Position numbers and translations under genes: made by a program
Notes under the pieces: model-generated
What the model saw: only the letters and a program-made list of their open reading frames with translations
Databases searched by the model: none
What the model was told of the DNA's origin: nothing
Assembly: GCA_002297645.1 (NCBI GenBank)
Contig: DBMH01000098.1
Coordinates: 45,357 to 109,356, forward strand
DNA: 64,000 nt
Reading direction: 5' to 3'
Source: Rhodanobacteraceae bacterium UBA703
Lineage (GTDB): Bacteria > Pseudomonadota > Gammaproteobacteria > Xanthomonadales > Rhodanobacteraceae
Shown here: in pieces, positions 38,246 to 49,022 of the stretch
Layout of the letters: each line of letters starts with the position of its first letter
How positions within the stretch are numbered: the stretch's first letter is position 1

Positions 38246-38713
38246 GACCGAGGCCACAGGCTGCTTCGCGTCACGCTTGCCGGTGAGCGTTCCCGGAGGT
38301 TCTCTTCGCTTGAGGGTTCTCCCGAGAATGTAGGGATGTGGCCGGGACCCGGTTCCGATCCCGACGCGAGAGCACGCGGGCTTCAGGACTTCTGCGGGCG
38401 GGGTTGCTTGCAGGCCCCGGTCGCGAACGATCCTTGCAGGTGCTTCGGTGGAATATGTCTGCCGTTTCCCAGTCGGAAATCGGTACGCCGGATGCATCGG
38501 CCCGACCTTGCGCGGCGGGCAAGTTACGACTCCCTTTGACAGGGAGCCCGGCTCATGCGGATCGTGTGCGACTCGGTGCGCCAACACGACCGGAATGGGC
38601 GGTTCGTTCTTCGGTGTGCTCCTGGGGGATGATATTCTGTAGGTCCATAGGCTGAGTATTTGCCGTCTTTCGGAACGCATACTTCTCCTCATTTCGTCCC
38701 GGGGGAGAAATCG

Positions 38714-40822
38714 ATGCGTCGTTCGTTGTTCGCCTGCCTGATGGCGGCCGTTGCCATGCCCGTCGATGCGGTCGAGGCTGCTGCTGAAGACGTGCCGGAG
38801 TCCGCTGCGCCGGATGCGGACTCGCGCCGCCGCAACGCCCGGGGCAGCGATGCGGTGGCGCTGGAGCAGGTCCAGGTGACCGCGACGCGTCGCCCGGAAA
38901 GCAGCTTCGATGTTTCCGCTGCGGCCACGGTGGTGGGGGCCGACGAGGTTGCGACGCGCGCGCCGCAGACGATCGCCGACTACCTGCGCGGCCAGGTCGG
39001 AACCTTCGTCCAGTCGACCACGCCGGGCCAGGCGATCCCGATCGTGCGCGGCCTGAAGGGATCAGAGGTGCTGCACATCGTCGACGGCTTCCGCCTGAAC
39101 ACGGCATTCTTCCGGAATTCCCCGAATCAGTATTTCGCCCTCGTCGACGCGCAGAACGTCGATCGCATCGAGGTCGTGCGCGGCCCGTCGTCGACCCTCT
39201 ACGGATCCGACGCGATGGGGGGCGTGGTGCAGGTCGTCACGCCGGAAGAGCGTTTCGACGGTGACTGGAGCGGGCGCGGCCATTTTCGTACGCAGCTCGC
39301 CAGTGGCGATCTGTCGAACGTGACACGCCTGGGCGGAGCCGCCGGTCGGCAGGGGCTATCCATCTCCGGCGGCGTGACCTGGCAGGATGTCGGCGAGCGC
39401 CGCCGCGGGGACGGGCCGCGCCTGCCCTACACGGATTTTCGCGCCTGGGCGGCCGACGCGAAGCTGTTGTGGAATCCGGCGCCCGAACACGAATTCATGC
39501 TCAACCTGCAGTACCTGGAGCAGCCGCGGACACCGCGCTACGACGAGCTGGTGCCGGGCTTCCACCAGGAGACCGCCAGTTCGGAGGAGTTCTGGTTCGA
39601 GCCGAACGATCGCGCATTCGCTCAGGCGCGCTGGCGCTGGAACGCGATGAATGCGGCGTTCGACACCGCCGAGCTGCACCTCGGCTACCAGGAGATCGAC
39701 GACGACCGCCGCAGCCGGGCGGCCGGCAGCAAGAATCGCGATCTGGAGTGGAACCGCGACCGGTTGCTCGGCTTCACCGGCAGCTTCGACAAGCGACTCG
39801 GCGCCCATTCGCTGGTCTACGGCTTCGAGGCCTACTGGGATACCGTCGACAGCCGCCGCACGCGCGTGAACCTCGGCAACGGGCAGGTGACGCCGCGGGC
39901 GCCGCGCTTCCCGGACGGCTCGACGATGGACAGTTTCGCGCTGTACGTCGACGACAGCATCGAGCTCGCACCGCGCTGGCAGCTCGACGTCGGCGCGCGC
40001 TACAGCCGGTTCGAGATCGAGTTGCCCGCCAACGGCGGCATCGGCACGAAGCTGGACCCGGACGATCTCACCGGCAATCTCGGCCTGACTTTCAAGGCGA
40101 CCGATTCGCTGCATGTCGTCACGAATCTCGGTCGCGGCTTCCGCGCGCCGAACGTGTTCGATCTCGGCGTATTTGGCGATCGACCCGGCGGGCGTTTCGC
40201 GATTCCGAACAGCGACCTGAAGCCGGAGACGGTGGTGACCTGGGACGTCGGCGTGAAGTTCGATCGTCCCGGCTTCCAGGCGGAGGCGTTCCTGTGGCGC
40301 TCCGACTACAAGGACAAGATCACCTCGGTCGACATCGGCGAGGATGCGGAAGGGCGCATCCTCGTACAGAACCGCAACGTCACCGAACTGAAGCTCTGGG
40401 GCGCCGAGATCGGTGCGCGCTGGACACCGGACGAGGCGTTCAGCGCCTACGGTGTCCTGAATCTCACGCGCGGGCGCGAAGCCTATGCGGGCGATCGCTA
40501 CGACGCCGACCGCATTCCCCCGTTGAACGGGCGACTCGGGCTGGAATGGCGCTTCGCCCCCGCCTGGCGCGCCGACGCGTGGGCCCAGTATGCGGCCCGG
40601 CAGGATCGCCTGAGCCCGCGTGATCTGGAGGATCCGCGCGTGAATCCCGCCGGTACGGCCGGCTGGAACACCTGGAACGCGCGCGTCGGCTGGGAATTCG
40701 CGGCCGGCGCGACCTTGGCGCTGCGCCTGGAGAACCTCGCCGACCGCCGCTACCGGGAACACGGTTCCGGCGTCGACGAGGTCGGTCGCAGTGCGGTGGC
40801 GACGCTGGACTGGCGTTTCTAG
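38714..40822 (+). CDS. TonB-dependent receptor (substrate unknown)
   Basis: Signal peptide; LEQVQVTATRR TonB-box region; RIEVVRGPSSTLYGSDAMGGVV plug; LENLADRRY; terminal WRF. Confidence 0.93.
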   Translation: MRRSLFACLMAAVAMPVDAVEAAAEDVPESAAPDADSRRRNARGSDAVALEQVQVTATRRPESSFDVSAAATVVGADEVATRAPQTIADYLRGQVGTFVQSTTPGQAIPIVRGLKGSEVLHIVDGFRLNTAFFRNSPNQYFALVDAQNVDRIEVVRGPSSTLYGSDAMGGVVQVVTPEERFDGDWSGRGHFRTQLASGDLSNVTRLGGAAGRQGLSISGGVTWQDVGERRRGDGPRLPYTDFRAWAADAKLLWNPAPEHEFMLNLQYLEQPRTPRYDELVPGFHQETASSEEFWFEPNDRAFAQARWRWNAMNAAFDTAELHLGYQEIDDDRRSRAAGSKNRDLEWNRDRLLGFTGSFDKRLGAHSLVYGFEAYWDTVDSRRTRVNLGNGQVTPRAPRFPDGSTMDSFALYVDDSIELAPRWQLDVGARYSRFEIELPANGGIGTKLDPDDLTGNLGLTFKATDSLHVVTNLGRGFRAPNVFDLGVFGDRPGGRFAIPNSDLKPETVVTWDVGVKFDRPGFQAEAFLWRSDYKDKITSVDIGEDAEGRILVQNRNVTELKLWGAEIGARWTPDEAFSAYGVLNLTRGREAYAGDRYDADRIPPLNGRLGLEWRFAPAWRADAWAQYAARQDRLSPRDLEDPRVNPAGTAGWNTWNARVGWEFAAGATLALRLENLADRRYREHGSGVDEVGRSAVATLDWRF

Positions 40823-40829
40823 GCTCGCG

Positions 40830-40858
40830 TTGACAGCATCCGCCGGCTGATCTAGCTT
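40830..40858 (+). promoter_or_regulatory. Sigma70 promoter upstream of the thrS leader
   Basis: TTGACA-17 nt-TAGCTT. Confidence 0.7.
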
Positions 40859-40864
40859 TGCGGA

Positions 40865-41003
40865 ATCCATCCATCCGAGTGCAAGGTGGCCCGCGGGTAA
40901 TCGCCGGCCGAGCGTGCGACATGTCAACGCGAACTTCCCGACGCTGAAACCCCGCGCGCAAAGCCACCTTTGAGAGAAAGGGCGCTTGGCGCCCTTTCTT
41001 TTT
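40865..41003 (+). promoter_or_regulatory. Candidate thrS attenuator leader (short Thr-containing uORF, alternative helices, intrinsic terminator)
   Basis: uORF 40921-40947 MSTRTSRR; AAGGTGGC (40883) complementary to GCCACCTT (40963); terminator AGAAAGGGCGC-TTG-GCGCCCTTTCT-TTTT at 40975-41003. Confidence 0.55.
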
Positions 41004-41081
41004 GTGTCGGCTTTCCTCGTCGTCCCGACGACGGAAGCCGACGAAAGGCCTTCGACGGCCGCACTTTCTCATCCAGCAGCC

Positions 41082-42986
41082 ATGATCAACATCACGCTCC
41101 CCGACGGCAGCCAGCGCCAGTTCGAGCATCCCGTCACGGTCGCCGAGGTCGCCGCCTCGATCGGTCCCGGTCTCGCCAAATCCGCCCTCGCCGGCAAGGT
41201 CGACGGTCGCCTCGTCGACACCGGATATCGCATCGACTACGACGCGGATCTCGCGATCGTCACCGACAAGAGTCCCGAGGCCCTCGATATCCTGCGCCAC
41301 TCGACGGCGCACCTGCTCGCGCAGGCGACGCAGCGACTGTTCCCGGATACGCAGGTCACGATCGGCCCGGTCATCGACAACGGCTTCTACTACGACTTCG
41401 CGCGCAAGACCCCGTTCACGCCCGACGATCTCGAGAAGATCGAGGCGGAGATGAAGAAGATCGTCGAGGAAGGACTCGTCGTGTCGCGCTCGGTCATGTC
41501 GCGCGACGAGGCCGTCGCGTTCTTCCGCGGCAGGAACGAGGAATACAAGGCACAGATCATCGAGTCGATCCCGGCCAACGAGGAACTGTCGCTGTATTCG
41601 CAGGGTGAGTTCGTCGACCTCTGCCGCGGGCCGCACGTGCCGAACACGGGCAAGCTGCGCGCGTTCAAGCTGATGAAGGTCGCCGGCGCGTACTGGCGCG
41701 GCGATTCGAACAACGAGATGCTCCAGCGCGTCTACGGCACGTCCTGGCTCAACGACAAGGACCTCAAGGCGTACCTGACGCAGCTCGAGGAAGCCGAGAA
41801 GCGCGACCACCGCAAGATCGGCAAGCAGCTCGAGTTGTTCCACGTCCAGGAGGAGGGGCCGGGCCTGGTGTTCTGGCATCCGAAGGGATGGGCGATCTGG
41901 CAGGTCGTCGAGCAGTACATGCGCCGCGTCTACCGTGCGTCGGGCTACCAGGAAGTGCGCTGCCCGCAGGTGCTCGACGTGTCGCTGTGGCAGAAGTCCG
42001 GCCACTGGGACAACTACAAGGAAAACATGTTCTTCACCGAATCGGAGAAGCGCACGTACGCCTTGAAGCCGATGAACTGCCCCGGCCACGTGCAGATCTT
42101 CAACCATGGCCTGCACAGCTATCGCGACCTGCCGATCCGCTACGGCGAGTTCGGTGCCTGCCATCGCAACGAGCCATCGGGCGCGCTGCACGGCATCCTG
42201 CGCGTGCGCGGCTTCACGCAGGACGACGGCCACATCTTCTGCACCGAAGACCAGATCGAAGCCGAGGTCACGGCCTTCCATCAGCAGGCGCTCAAGGTCT
42301 ACTCCGACTTCGGTTTCGCCGACATCCAGATCAAGATCGCCCTGCGCCCCGAGCCGCGGCTCGGCGACGACGCCACGTGGGACAAGGCGGAGAACGCGCT
42401 GCGCTCGGCGCTGCGTGCCTGCGGCGTCGACTGGCAGGAACTGCCGGGCGAGGGGGCGTTCTACGGCCCCAAGATCGAGTATCACCTGAAGGACGCGATC
42501 GGACGCACCTGGCAGCTGGGCACGATGCAGGTGGATTTCATGATGCCGGGGCGCCTCGGTGCGGAATACGTCGACGAGCACAGCCAGCGGCGCCATCCGG
42601 TCATGCTGCACCGCGCCATCGTCGGTTCGATGGAACGCTTCATCGGCATCCTGATCGAGCACCATGCCGGCCAGTTCCCGGCCTGGCTCGCCCCGGTGCA
42701 GGCGGTCGTGATGAACATTACCGATGCGCAGGCCGGCTTCGTGGACGAGGTGGCGCAAACCCTTGTCTCGCAAGGTTTCCGGGTGAAGGCGGATTTGCGA
42801 AACGAGAAGATCGGCTATAAAATCCGCGAACACACGCTCGGCAAGGTCCCCTATCTGCTGGTCGTCGGCGACCGGGAGAGGGAAACGGGGAACGTTTCCG
42901 TGCGTACTCGCGCGGGCGAAGATCTGGGGTCGGTGTCGATTTCCGGCTTCGCCGAGCGCCTGAAGTCCGAGACCGGGCAGGCCTGA
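41082..42986 (+). CDS. thrS: Threonine--tRNA ligase
   Basis: [45 protein letters not shown]. Confidence 0.98.
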   Translation: MINITLPDGSQRQFEHPVTVAEVAASIGPGLAKSALAGKVDGRLVDTGYRIDYDADLAIVTDKSPEALDILRHSTAHLLAQATQRLFPDTQVTIGPVIDNGFYYDFARKTPFTPDDLEKIEAEMKKIVEEGLVVSRSVMSRDEAVAFFRGRNEEYKAQIIESIPANEELSLYSQGEFVDLCRGPHVPNTGKLRAFKLMKVAGAYWRGDSNNEMLQRVYGTSWLNDKDLKAYLTQLEEAEKRDHRKIGKQLELFHVQEEGPGLVFWHPKGWAIWQVVEQYMRRVYRASGYQEVRCPQVLDVSLWQKSGHWDNYKENMFFTESEKRTYALKPMNCPGHVQIFNHGLHSYRDLPIRYGEFGACHRNEPSGALHGILRVRGFTQDDGHIFCTEDQIEAEVTAFHQQALKVYSDFGFADIQIKIALRPEPRLGDDATWDKAENALRSALRACGVDWQELPGEGAFYGPKIEYHLKDAIGRTWQLGTMQVDFMMPGRLGAEYVDEHSQRRHPVMLHRAIVGSMERFIGILIEHHAGQFPAWLAPVQAVVMNITDAQAGFVDEVAQTLVSQGFRVKADLRNEKIGYKIREHTLGKVPYLLVVGDRERETGNVSVRTRAGEDLGSVSISGFAERLKSETGQA

Positions 42987-43027
42987 GCCGCCGCTCCGGG
43001 TAAACGTTTCTCCAAGAGGATCCGCAT

Positions 43028-43552
43028 ATCGCCATCGACAGCAAGCCGAACCGCAGGAACCATGAAATCAGGGTTCCGCGAGTCCGTGTCATTGGAGCAG
43101 AGGGAGAGCAGGTCGGCATCCTGTCTCGCGACGAGGCGCTGGCCATGGCCCAGGAAGCGGGCCTTGATCTGGTCGAAATCCAGCCGAACGGCGATCCACC
43201 GGTCTGCCGCATCATGGATTTCGGCAAGTTCAGGTTCGAGGCGCAGAAGAAGGCGCATGCGGCCAAGAAGAAACAGAAACAGCAGGAAATCAAGGAACTG
43301 AAGTTCCGTCCGACGACCGACGTCGGTGATTACACGATCAAGTTGCGCAATCTCCGGCGGTTCCTGGAGGAGGGCGACAAGGTCAAGATCACGATCCGCT
43401 TCCGCGGTCGCGAGATGGCCCATCAGGAACTCGGGCGGGCGATGGTCGACAAGATCTCGACCGACATCGCCGAGGAAGCGGTGATCGAGCAGTACCCGCG
43501 CATGGAAGGGCGCCTCATGGTCATGATGATCGCGCCGAAGAAGAAGCAGTAG
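43028..43552 (+). CDS. infC: Translation initiation factor IF-3 (non-AUG start, ATC)
   Basis: Frame extends 39 codons upstream of the ORF-track ATG ([23 protein letters not shown]...); GAGGA SD 7 nt before ATC at 43028; thrS-infC-rpmI synteny. Confidence 0.92.
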   Translation: MAIDSKPNRRNHEIRVPRVRVIGAEGEQVGILSRDEALAMAQEAGLDLVEIQPNGDPPVCRIMDFGKFRFEAQKKAHAAKKKQKQQEIKELKFRPTTDVGDYTIKLRNLRRFLEEGDKVKITIRFRGREMAHQELGRAMVDKISTDIAEEAVIEQYPRMEGRLMVMMIAPKKKQ

Positions 43553-43733
43553 AGCTGTCGGTTGGACATTGCGGTCGGGATGGCCGCTTCTTGATTTTCG
43601 CGTCCAGGACGGATGCACCCGTAAACCAGGAGAAGGCCCGGAACCCGGGCCGTACAAACCGGAACGAGCAGGATGGAAAGCGCGGCCGAGGCCGTCGCTC
43701 GGGCCAGTAACGAAAACCGTAAAAGGAAGAGTC

Positions 43734-43931
43734 ATGCCCAAGATGAAAACCAATCGGGCCGCTGCCAAGCGGTTCCGCAAGACCGCGTCCGGCAAGTTCA
43801 AGTGCGGCCACGCGTTCAAGAGCCACATCCTGACGAAGAAGGCGACCAAGCGTAAGCGCGGTCTGCGTGCCACCAACCACGTGCGCAAGGAAGACGCCGG
43901 TCGCGTCGCCCGCATGCTGCCGTACGTGTAA
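43734..43931 (+). CDS. rpmI: 50S ribosomal protein L35
   Basis: [14 protein letters not shown]...HILTKK. Confidence 0.97.
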   Translation: MPKMKTNRAAAKRFRKTASGKFKCGHAFKSHILTKKATKRKRGLRATNHVRKEDAGRVARMLPYV

Positions 43932-43943
43932 GGAGAGACAGTC

Positions 43944-44303
43944 ATGGCACGAGTCAAGCGTGGCGTCATCGCCCACCGTCGTCACAAGAAGATCCTCGGC
44001 AAGGCCAAGGGTTACTACAACGCGCGCCGCAAGGTTTTCCGCGTCGCCAAGCAGGCCGTCACCAAGGCGCACCAGTACGCCTACATCGGCCGCAAGCAGA
44101 AGAAGCGCAATTTCCGCGCCCTGTGGATCGTCCGCATCAACGCGGGCGCGCGCCAGTTCGGCCTGTCCTACAGCCGCCTGATGAACGGTCTCAAGAAGGC
44201 CGGCATCACGCTCGACCGCAAGGTCCTGGCCGACATCGCCGTGCACGACATCAAGGCGTTCGGCGCCTTGGCGGAAAAGGCAAAGTCTGCTCTGGCCGCG
44301 TGA
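43944..44303 (+). CDS. rplT: 50S ribosomal protein L20
   Basis: [34 protein letters not shown]. Confidence 0.98.
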   Translation: MARVKRGVIAHRRHKKILGKAKGYYNARRKVFRVAKQAVTKAHQYAYIGRKQKKRNFRALWIVRINAGARQFGLSYSRLMNGLKKAGITLDRKVLADIAVHDIKAFGALAEKAKSALAA

Positions 44304-44340
44304 TCGTTCGGCGCATGGCGCCGGACGGCAAGCAGTGAAC

Positions 44341-44377
44341 GCGGGGAGGAGGCCTGGCCTCCTCCCCGTTTTCGTTT
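44341..44377 (+). terminator. Intrinsic terminator after rplT
   Basis: CGGGGAGGAGGC-CTG-GCCTCCTCCCCG then TTTTCGTTT. Confidence 0.8.
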
Positions 44378-44510
44378 CCGGCACGGCCTGCGCCTGATCG
44401 CCGCGACCCGGATGGCGGCGCGGCTCCCGGGCGCCTCGGCTCGGCAATGTCGTACCGCGGCCATCCCGCTCGAACTTTCCACTTCGTCGATCCACCCCCG
44501 GAATCTCCCG

Positions 44511-45503
44511 ATGGACGTATTGCAGGATCCCCAACGGTCACTCGACCAGATCGCCGCCGCCGACTCGCTCGAGTCCCTCGATGCGCTGCGCGTCGCGTTG
44601 CTCGGCAAGAGCGGTGCAGTCACGGCCGCATTGAAGGCGCTCGGCGCACTGGCGCCGGATGAGCGCAAGGCGCGCGGTGCCGAGGTCAATCGCGTAAAGG
44701 AGCAACTGGCCGACGCCATCGCTTCGCGCAAGGTCACGTTGGAGCAGGCGGCGCTGGATCGCCGCCTGGCATCCGAGCGCATCGACGTCACGCTGCCCGG
44801 CCGTCGCGGCGAGCGCGGCGGCCTGCATCCGTTGACGCGCGCGCTCGATCGCATCGTGTCCATCTTCGCGCGTCTCGGCTACGACGTCGCCGACGGGCCG
44901 GAGATCGAAGACGACTGGCACAACTTCGGCGCGCTGAACTTCCCGCCGGATCATCCGGCGCGCACGATGCACGACACGTTCTGGTTTCCCGACGGTCGCC
45001 TTCTGCGCACGCACACCTCGCCGGTGCAGATCCGTGCCGCGAAGGGCCGCACGCCGCCGATCCGCATCATCGCGCCGGGCAAGGTCTACCGCAGCGATTC
45101 GGACCAGACCCATTCGCCGATGTTCCATCAGGTCGAGGGCCTCCTGATCGACGAAACCTCGACGATGGCCGATCTCAAGGGCACGCTGCGCGAATTCCTG
45201 CGCGCGTTCTTCGATCGCGACTTCACGATGATGTTCAAGCCGACGTTCTTCCCGTTCGTCGAGCCCGGCGCCGATGTCGTGATCCGTTGGGAACTGCCGG
45301 ACGGTGGCGCGCGATGGCTTGAGGTGCTGGGCTGCGGCATGGTGCATCCGGAGGTGCTGAAGAACTGCGGCATCGATCCGGAGCGCTACACCGGCTTCGC
45401 CTTCGGCATGGGCGTGGAACGCCTCGCCATGCTGCGCTACGGCGTGACCGACCTGCGCGCGTTCTTCGAGAACGACGTGCGTTTCCTCAAACAATTCGCT
45501 TAA
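44511..45503 (+). CDS. pheS: Phenylalanine--tRNA ligase alpha subunit
   Basis: [40 protein letters not shown]. Confidence 0.97.
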   Translation: MDVLQDPQRSLDQIAAADSLESLDALRVALLGKSGAVTAALKALGALAPDERKARGAEVNRVKEQLADAIASRKVTLEQAALDRRLASERIDVTLPGRRGERGGLHPLTRALDRIVSIFARLGYDVADGPEIEDDWHNFGALNFPPDHPARTMHDTFWFPDGRLLRTHTSPVQIRAAKGRTPPIRIIAPGKVYRSDSDQTHSPMFHQVEGLLIDETSTMADLKGTLREFLRAFFDRDFTMMFKPTFFPFVEPGADVVIRWELPDGGARWLEVLGCGMVHPEVLKNCGIDPERYTGFAFGMGVERLAMLRYGVTDLRAFFENDVRFLKQFA

Positions 45504-45509
45504 CGACAC

Positions 45510-45537
45510 CGTCATGCCGGCGAAAGCCGGAATGACG
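45510..45537. repeat. Short palindromic REP-like hairpin between pheS and pheT
   Basis: CGTCATGCCGGC-GAAA-GCCGGAATGACG. Confidence 0.55.
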
Positions 45538-45556
45538 AGCCAACCACGGCCCTGCG

Positions 45557-47926
45557 ATGAAAATTTCCGAAAACTGGCTCCGTACCCGCGTCCCGCTCAC
45601 CGTCGATCGCGACGCGCTGCGCGAACGTTTCGACATGATCGGCCACGAGGTCGAGAGCCTCGAGCCGGTCGGCGGCTCGCTCGACGGGATCGTCGTCGCA
45701 CAGATCGTCGCGTGCGCGAAGCATCCCGAGGCCGATCGCCTGCAGGTCTGCCAGGTCGACGCCGGCGGCGAGACCTTGCAGATCGTCTGTGGCGCGCCGA
45801 ACGCCCGCGCCGGACTCAAGGCGCCGCTGGCGAAGATCGGCGCCCGGGTCGGCGAGTTGACGATCAAGGCCGCCAAGCTTCGCGGTGTCGAATCGTCGGG
45901 CATGCTGTGTTCGGCGAAGGAACTGGGCATCGATGCCGATGCCTCCGGTTTGCTCGAGCTGCCGCCGGACGCGCCGGTCGGCACGTCGCTCGCGCAATAC
46001 CTCGGTCTGCCGGATGCGGTATTCGATCTCGGCCTGACTCCGAATCGCGCCGACTGCCTTTCAGTCGAAGGCCTCGCCAGGGACGTCGCCGCCGCGTTCG
46101 ACCTGCCGTACGGGCTGCTGGCGATCGAGCCGGTGGCCGTGTCCTCGGAGCGGCGCATCGAGATCCGCCTCGAATCGCCGGCTGATTGTCCGCGCTACTG
46201 CGGCCGCTACGTCACCGGCATCGACGCCGCGGCGCAAGCGCCGGACTGGATGCGCGAGCGCCTGCGCCGGGCCGGACTGCGCCCGATCAGCCTGCTCGTC
46301 GACGTGACCAACTACGTGATGCTCGAGCTCGGCCAGCCGCTGCACGCATTCGACGCCGATACGCTGGAGGGCCCCATCGGCGTGCGTCGTGCCCGTGCCG
46401 GCGAGAGCCTGAAACTGCTCGATGAGCGCGACGTGGCGCTCGACGACCGCTTCCTGTTGATCACCGACGCCGATCGTCCGGTCGCGCTGGCGGGCCTGAT
46501 GGGCGGTTGGGAGACCCGCATCGGCACCGCGACGAAAAATGTCTTCCTCGAGGCGGCGCACTTCTCGCCGGCGGCGTTGGCCGGCCGCGCACGCACGCTC
46601 GGCATGCACACCGACGCGGCGCACCGCTTCGAGCGCGGTGTCGATCCGGAGTTGCCGCGCCGCGCACTCGAACGCGCGACGCGCCTGATCGTGGAATCCG
46701 CCGGTGGCGAAGCGGGCCCGGTCATCGAAGCCGTCTCGGTCGAGCATCTGCCGGTCCGCGCGCCGGTGCGCCTGCGGCGTGCGCGCATCGAACGCCTGCT
46801 CGGCATCCGCGTGCCGGACGCCGAAGTCGAACGCATCCTGGCCGCGCTCGGCATGCATGTCGCGACCGATGCCGAGGGCTGGACCGCGACACCGCCGGGC
46901 GCGCGCTTCGACATCGCGATCGAGGAGGACCTGATCGAGGAAGTCGCCCGCATCCACGGCTACGACCGCATTCCCGACCGCGAGCCCAGCGGCGAACTGG
47001 TCGGCCCGTCGCTGCGCGAGGATCGCATCGGGCTCGCCGCCATGCGCGACCAGCTCGCGGCGCGCGGCTGGTTCGAGGCGATCACCTATGCCTTCGTCGC
47101 CCGCGAGCAGCTCGACGCGTGGCATCTCGCCGACGGGGCGATCGCGCTGGCGAATCCGTTGTCGGCCGAGTTGTCGGTCATGCGCACGAGCCTTCTTCCG
47201 GGCCTGGCTGCCGCGCTGGTCGCCAACCGCAGCCGCCAGCAGGCACGCGTGCGTCTGTTCGAGGCCGGCCGGGCCTATCTCGGTGGCGGTGCGGTGCGCG
47301 AGGTCGAGCGGATCGCTGGCGTCGCGTGCGGGCGCGTGGCGGCCGAACAATGGGGCGAGATCGCGCGCCCACTCGATTTCTTCGACATCAAGGGCGACGT
47401 CGAATCGTTGTTCGCCTTGACCAGCGCCGAGAGCGAGTTCCGCTTCGGCCCGGCGGCCCAACCCTGGCTGCATCCGGGCCAGAGCGCCGAGGTCCGGCGC
47501 GGCGACCGTCTCGTCGGCCATGTCGGCGTGCTGCATCCGACGTTGGCCCGGCAGCTCGGCCTGGACGAGGACGTCCACGTATTCGAACTGGACCTCGACG
47601 TACTGGCCGGCCGCGATGTCCCGTCCGCCCAGTCGTTGTCACGCTTCCCGTCGGTGCGCCGTGATCTTTCCTTCGAGTTGCCCGAGGACGTGCCCTACGC
47701 CCAGGTCGAGGCGGCGGTCCGCGCCGCCGTAGGCGAAACGTTGACGGAAATCGTGCTATTCGACCGCTATGCCGGACCGAACCTCGGAACGGGTGTCAAG
47801 AGTCTCGCTATGGGCTTGATTTTGCAGGACCGTTACCGCACGCTTACGGACCCGGATGCTGATCGCTGCGTGGCCCTTGCCGTTGCCGCGCTGGAATCCG
47901 GTTGCAGGGCAAAGTTGCGAGGGTAG
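45557..47926 (+). CDS. pheT: Phenylalanine--tRNA ligase beta subunit
   Basis: [54 protein letters not shown]. Confidence 0.97.
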   Translation: MKISENWLRTRVPLTVDRDALRERFDMIGHEVESLEPVGGSLDGIVVAQIVACAKHPEADRLQVCQVDAGGETLQIVCGAPNARAGLKAPLAKIGARVGELTIKAAKLRGVESSGMLCSAKELGIDADASGLLELPPDAPVGTSLAQYLGLPDAVFDLGLTPNRADCLSVEGLARDVAAAFDLPYGLLAIEPVAVSSERRIEIRLESPADCPRYCGRYVTGIDAAAQAPDWMRERLRRAGLRPISLLVDVTNYVMLELGQPLHAFDADTLEGPIGVRRARAGESLKLLDERDVALDDRFLLITDADRPVALAGLMGGWETRIGTATKNVFLEAAHFSPAALAGRARTLGMHTDAAHRFERGVDPELPRRALERATRLIVESAGGEAGPVIEAVSVEHLPVRAPVRLRRARIERLLGIRVPDAEVERILAALGMHVATDAEGWTATPPGARFDIAIEEDLIEEVARIHGYDRIPDREPSGELVGPSLREDRIGLAAMRDQLAARGWFEAITYAFVAREQLDAWHLADGAIALANPLSAELSVMRTSLLPGLAAALVANRSRQQARVRLFEAGRAYLGGGAVREVERIAGVACGRVAAEQWGEIARPLDFFDIKGDVESLFALTSAESEFRFGPAAQPWLHPGQSAEVRRGDRLVGHVGVLHPTLARQLGLDEDVHVFELDLDVLAGRDVPSAQSLSRFPSVRRDLSFELPEDVPYAQVEAAVRAAVGETLTEIVLFDRYAGPNLGTGVKSLAMGLILQDRYRTLTDPDADRCVALAVAALESGCRAKLRG

Positions 47927-47927
47927 G

Positions 47928-48230
47928 ATGGCGTTGACGAAGGCCGAGATGGCCGAGCGTCTGTTTCTGGACGTGGGCCTCAACAAACGCGAAGCCAAGG
48001 AATTCGTCGACGCGTTCTTCGAAGTGGTGCGTGATGCGCTCGAGAAGGGAGAGCAGGTGAAGCTGTCGGGTTTCGGCAACTTCGACCTGCGTTTCAAGAA
48101 CCAGCGCCCGGGACGCAACCCCAAGACCGGCGAGGAGATTCCGATCTCCGCCCGTCGGGTCGTGACGTTCCGCCCGGGGCAGAAACTGAAGGTTCGGGTC
48201 GAAGCCTATGCTGGATCAGGGCAGCAATAG
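47928..48230 (+). CDS. ihfA: Integration host factor subunit alpha
   Basis: [29 protein letters not shown]. Confidence 0.97.
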   Translation: MALTKAEMAERLFLDVGLNKREAKEFVDAFFEVVRDALEKGEQVKLSGFGNFDLRFKNQRPGRNPKTGEEIPISARRVVTFRPGQKLKVRVEAYAGSGQQ

Positions 48231-48564
48231 CGAACTGCCGGTCATCCCGGCCAAACGCTATTTCACGATCGGCGAAGTCAGCGAGCTGTGTGGCGTCAAG
48301 CCGCACGTGCTGCGCTATTGGGAACAGGAATTCTCGAACCTCAAGCCGGTCAAGCGACGAGGCAATCGCCGGTACTACCAGCGCCACGACGTGCTGATGA
48401 TCCGGCAGATCCGTTCGTTGCTGTACGACCAGGGGTTCACGATCACCGGCGCGCGCCAGCGGCTCGAAGGCACGCAGGCGAAAGTCGAGTCGACGATTTC
48501 GCACCAGATCGTGCGTCAGGTGCGCATGGAGCTGGAGGAAGTGCTGCAGATCCTGCGGCGCTGA
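48208..48564 (+). CDS. MerR-family transcriptional regulator (ihfA-linked)
   Basis: [27 protein letters not shown]; conserved ihfA-merR-tRNA-Pro order. Confidence 0.93.
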   Translation: MLDQGSNSELPVIPAKRYFTIGEVSELCGVKPHVLRYWEQEFSNLKPVKRRGNRRYYQRHDVLMIRQIRSLLYDQGFTITGARQRLEGTQAKVESTISHQIVRQVRMELEEVLQILRR

Positions 48565-48670
48565 TCGCGTCGTCGGGGGCGAAGCCCGGGTATCCACGAC
48601 GATTCCTGTTGCCGTGCTGTGCCGCATCGCGGTTCGACCTGCTACACTCTCCGTTCTGCCGAATGCCTGT

Positions 48671-48747
48671 CGGGGTATAGCGCAGCCTGGTAGCGCACCA
48701 GTCTGGGGGACTGGTGGTCGTCGGTTCGAATCCGGCTACCCCGACCA
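48671..48747 (+). tRNA. tRNA-Pro(GGG)
   Basis: CGGGGTA-TAGCGCAGCCTGGTAGCGC-ACCAGT-CTGGGGG-ACTGG...GGTTCGAATCC...TACCCCG-A-CCA. Confidence 0.97.
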
Positions 48748-49022
48748 TATTCTTTTACTCGGATCCATCCTCGCCTCTTCGTGCGAGGCCGAGCGATTCG
48801 GCAGGCAGACAAGCTCTGTGCCAGTCCAGAGCGCCCTCCTTGGCCGCCCTCCCATCGGAAGAATGTTCCGCTCGTGCTCTTTCACGGCTTCGAGTGGGAG
48901 TCTGAGAGCATGCCGTACTCGGCGTCTCCGCGATGGCCTGGAACGCACATCTCCGTGCACGCTCTTCAACGGAAGCATTGCGCGTGCGAAGCTTCGAGCC
49001 TGATGCTTCCAGGATCGTCCGC

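Noticed and set aside
38246-38713. Cobalamin or TPP riboswitch, or Fur box, ahead of the TonB receptor
   Set aside because: Conserved riboswitch cores not recognisable; GATGATATTC is only a weak partial Fur match
44304-44510. pheM-type Phe leader attenuator upstream of pheS
   Set aside because: No short Phe-rich ORF with a stop before a terminator; the hairpin present fits the rplT terminator
45230-45280. PheS FPFVEP instead of FPFTEP in the amino acid pocket
   Set aside because: Val at this position occurs in other ordinary PheS proteins; no basis for altered specificity
32779-48747. tRNA-Asn, tRNA-Val and tRNA-Pro as integration sites of genomic islands
   Set aside because: No integrase and no duplicated tRNA 3' ends noticed in the window
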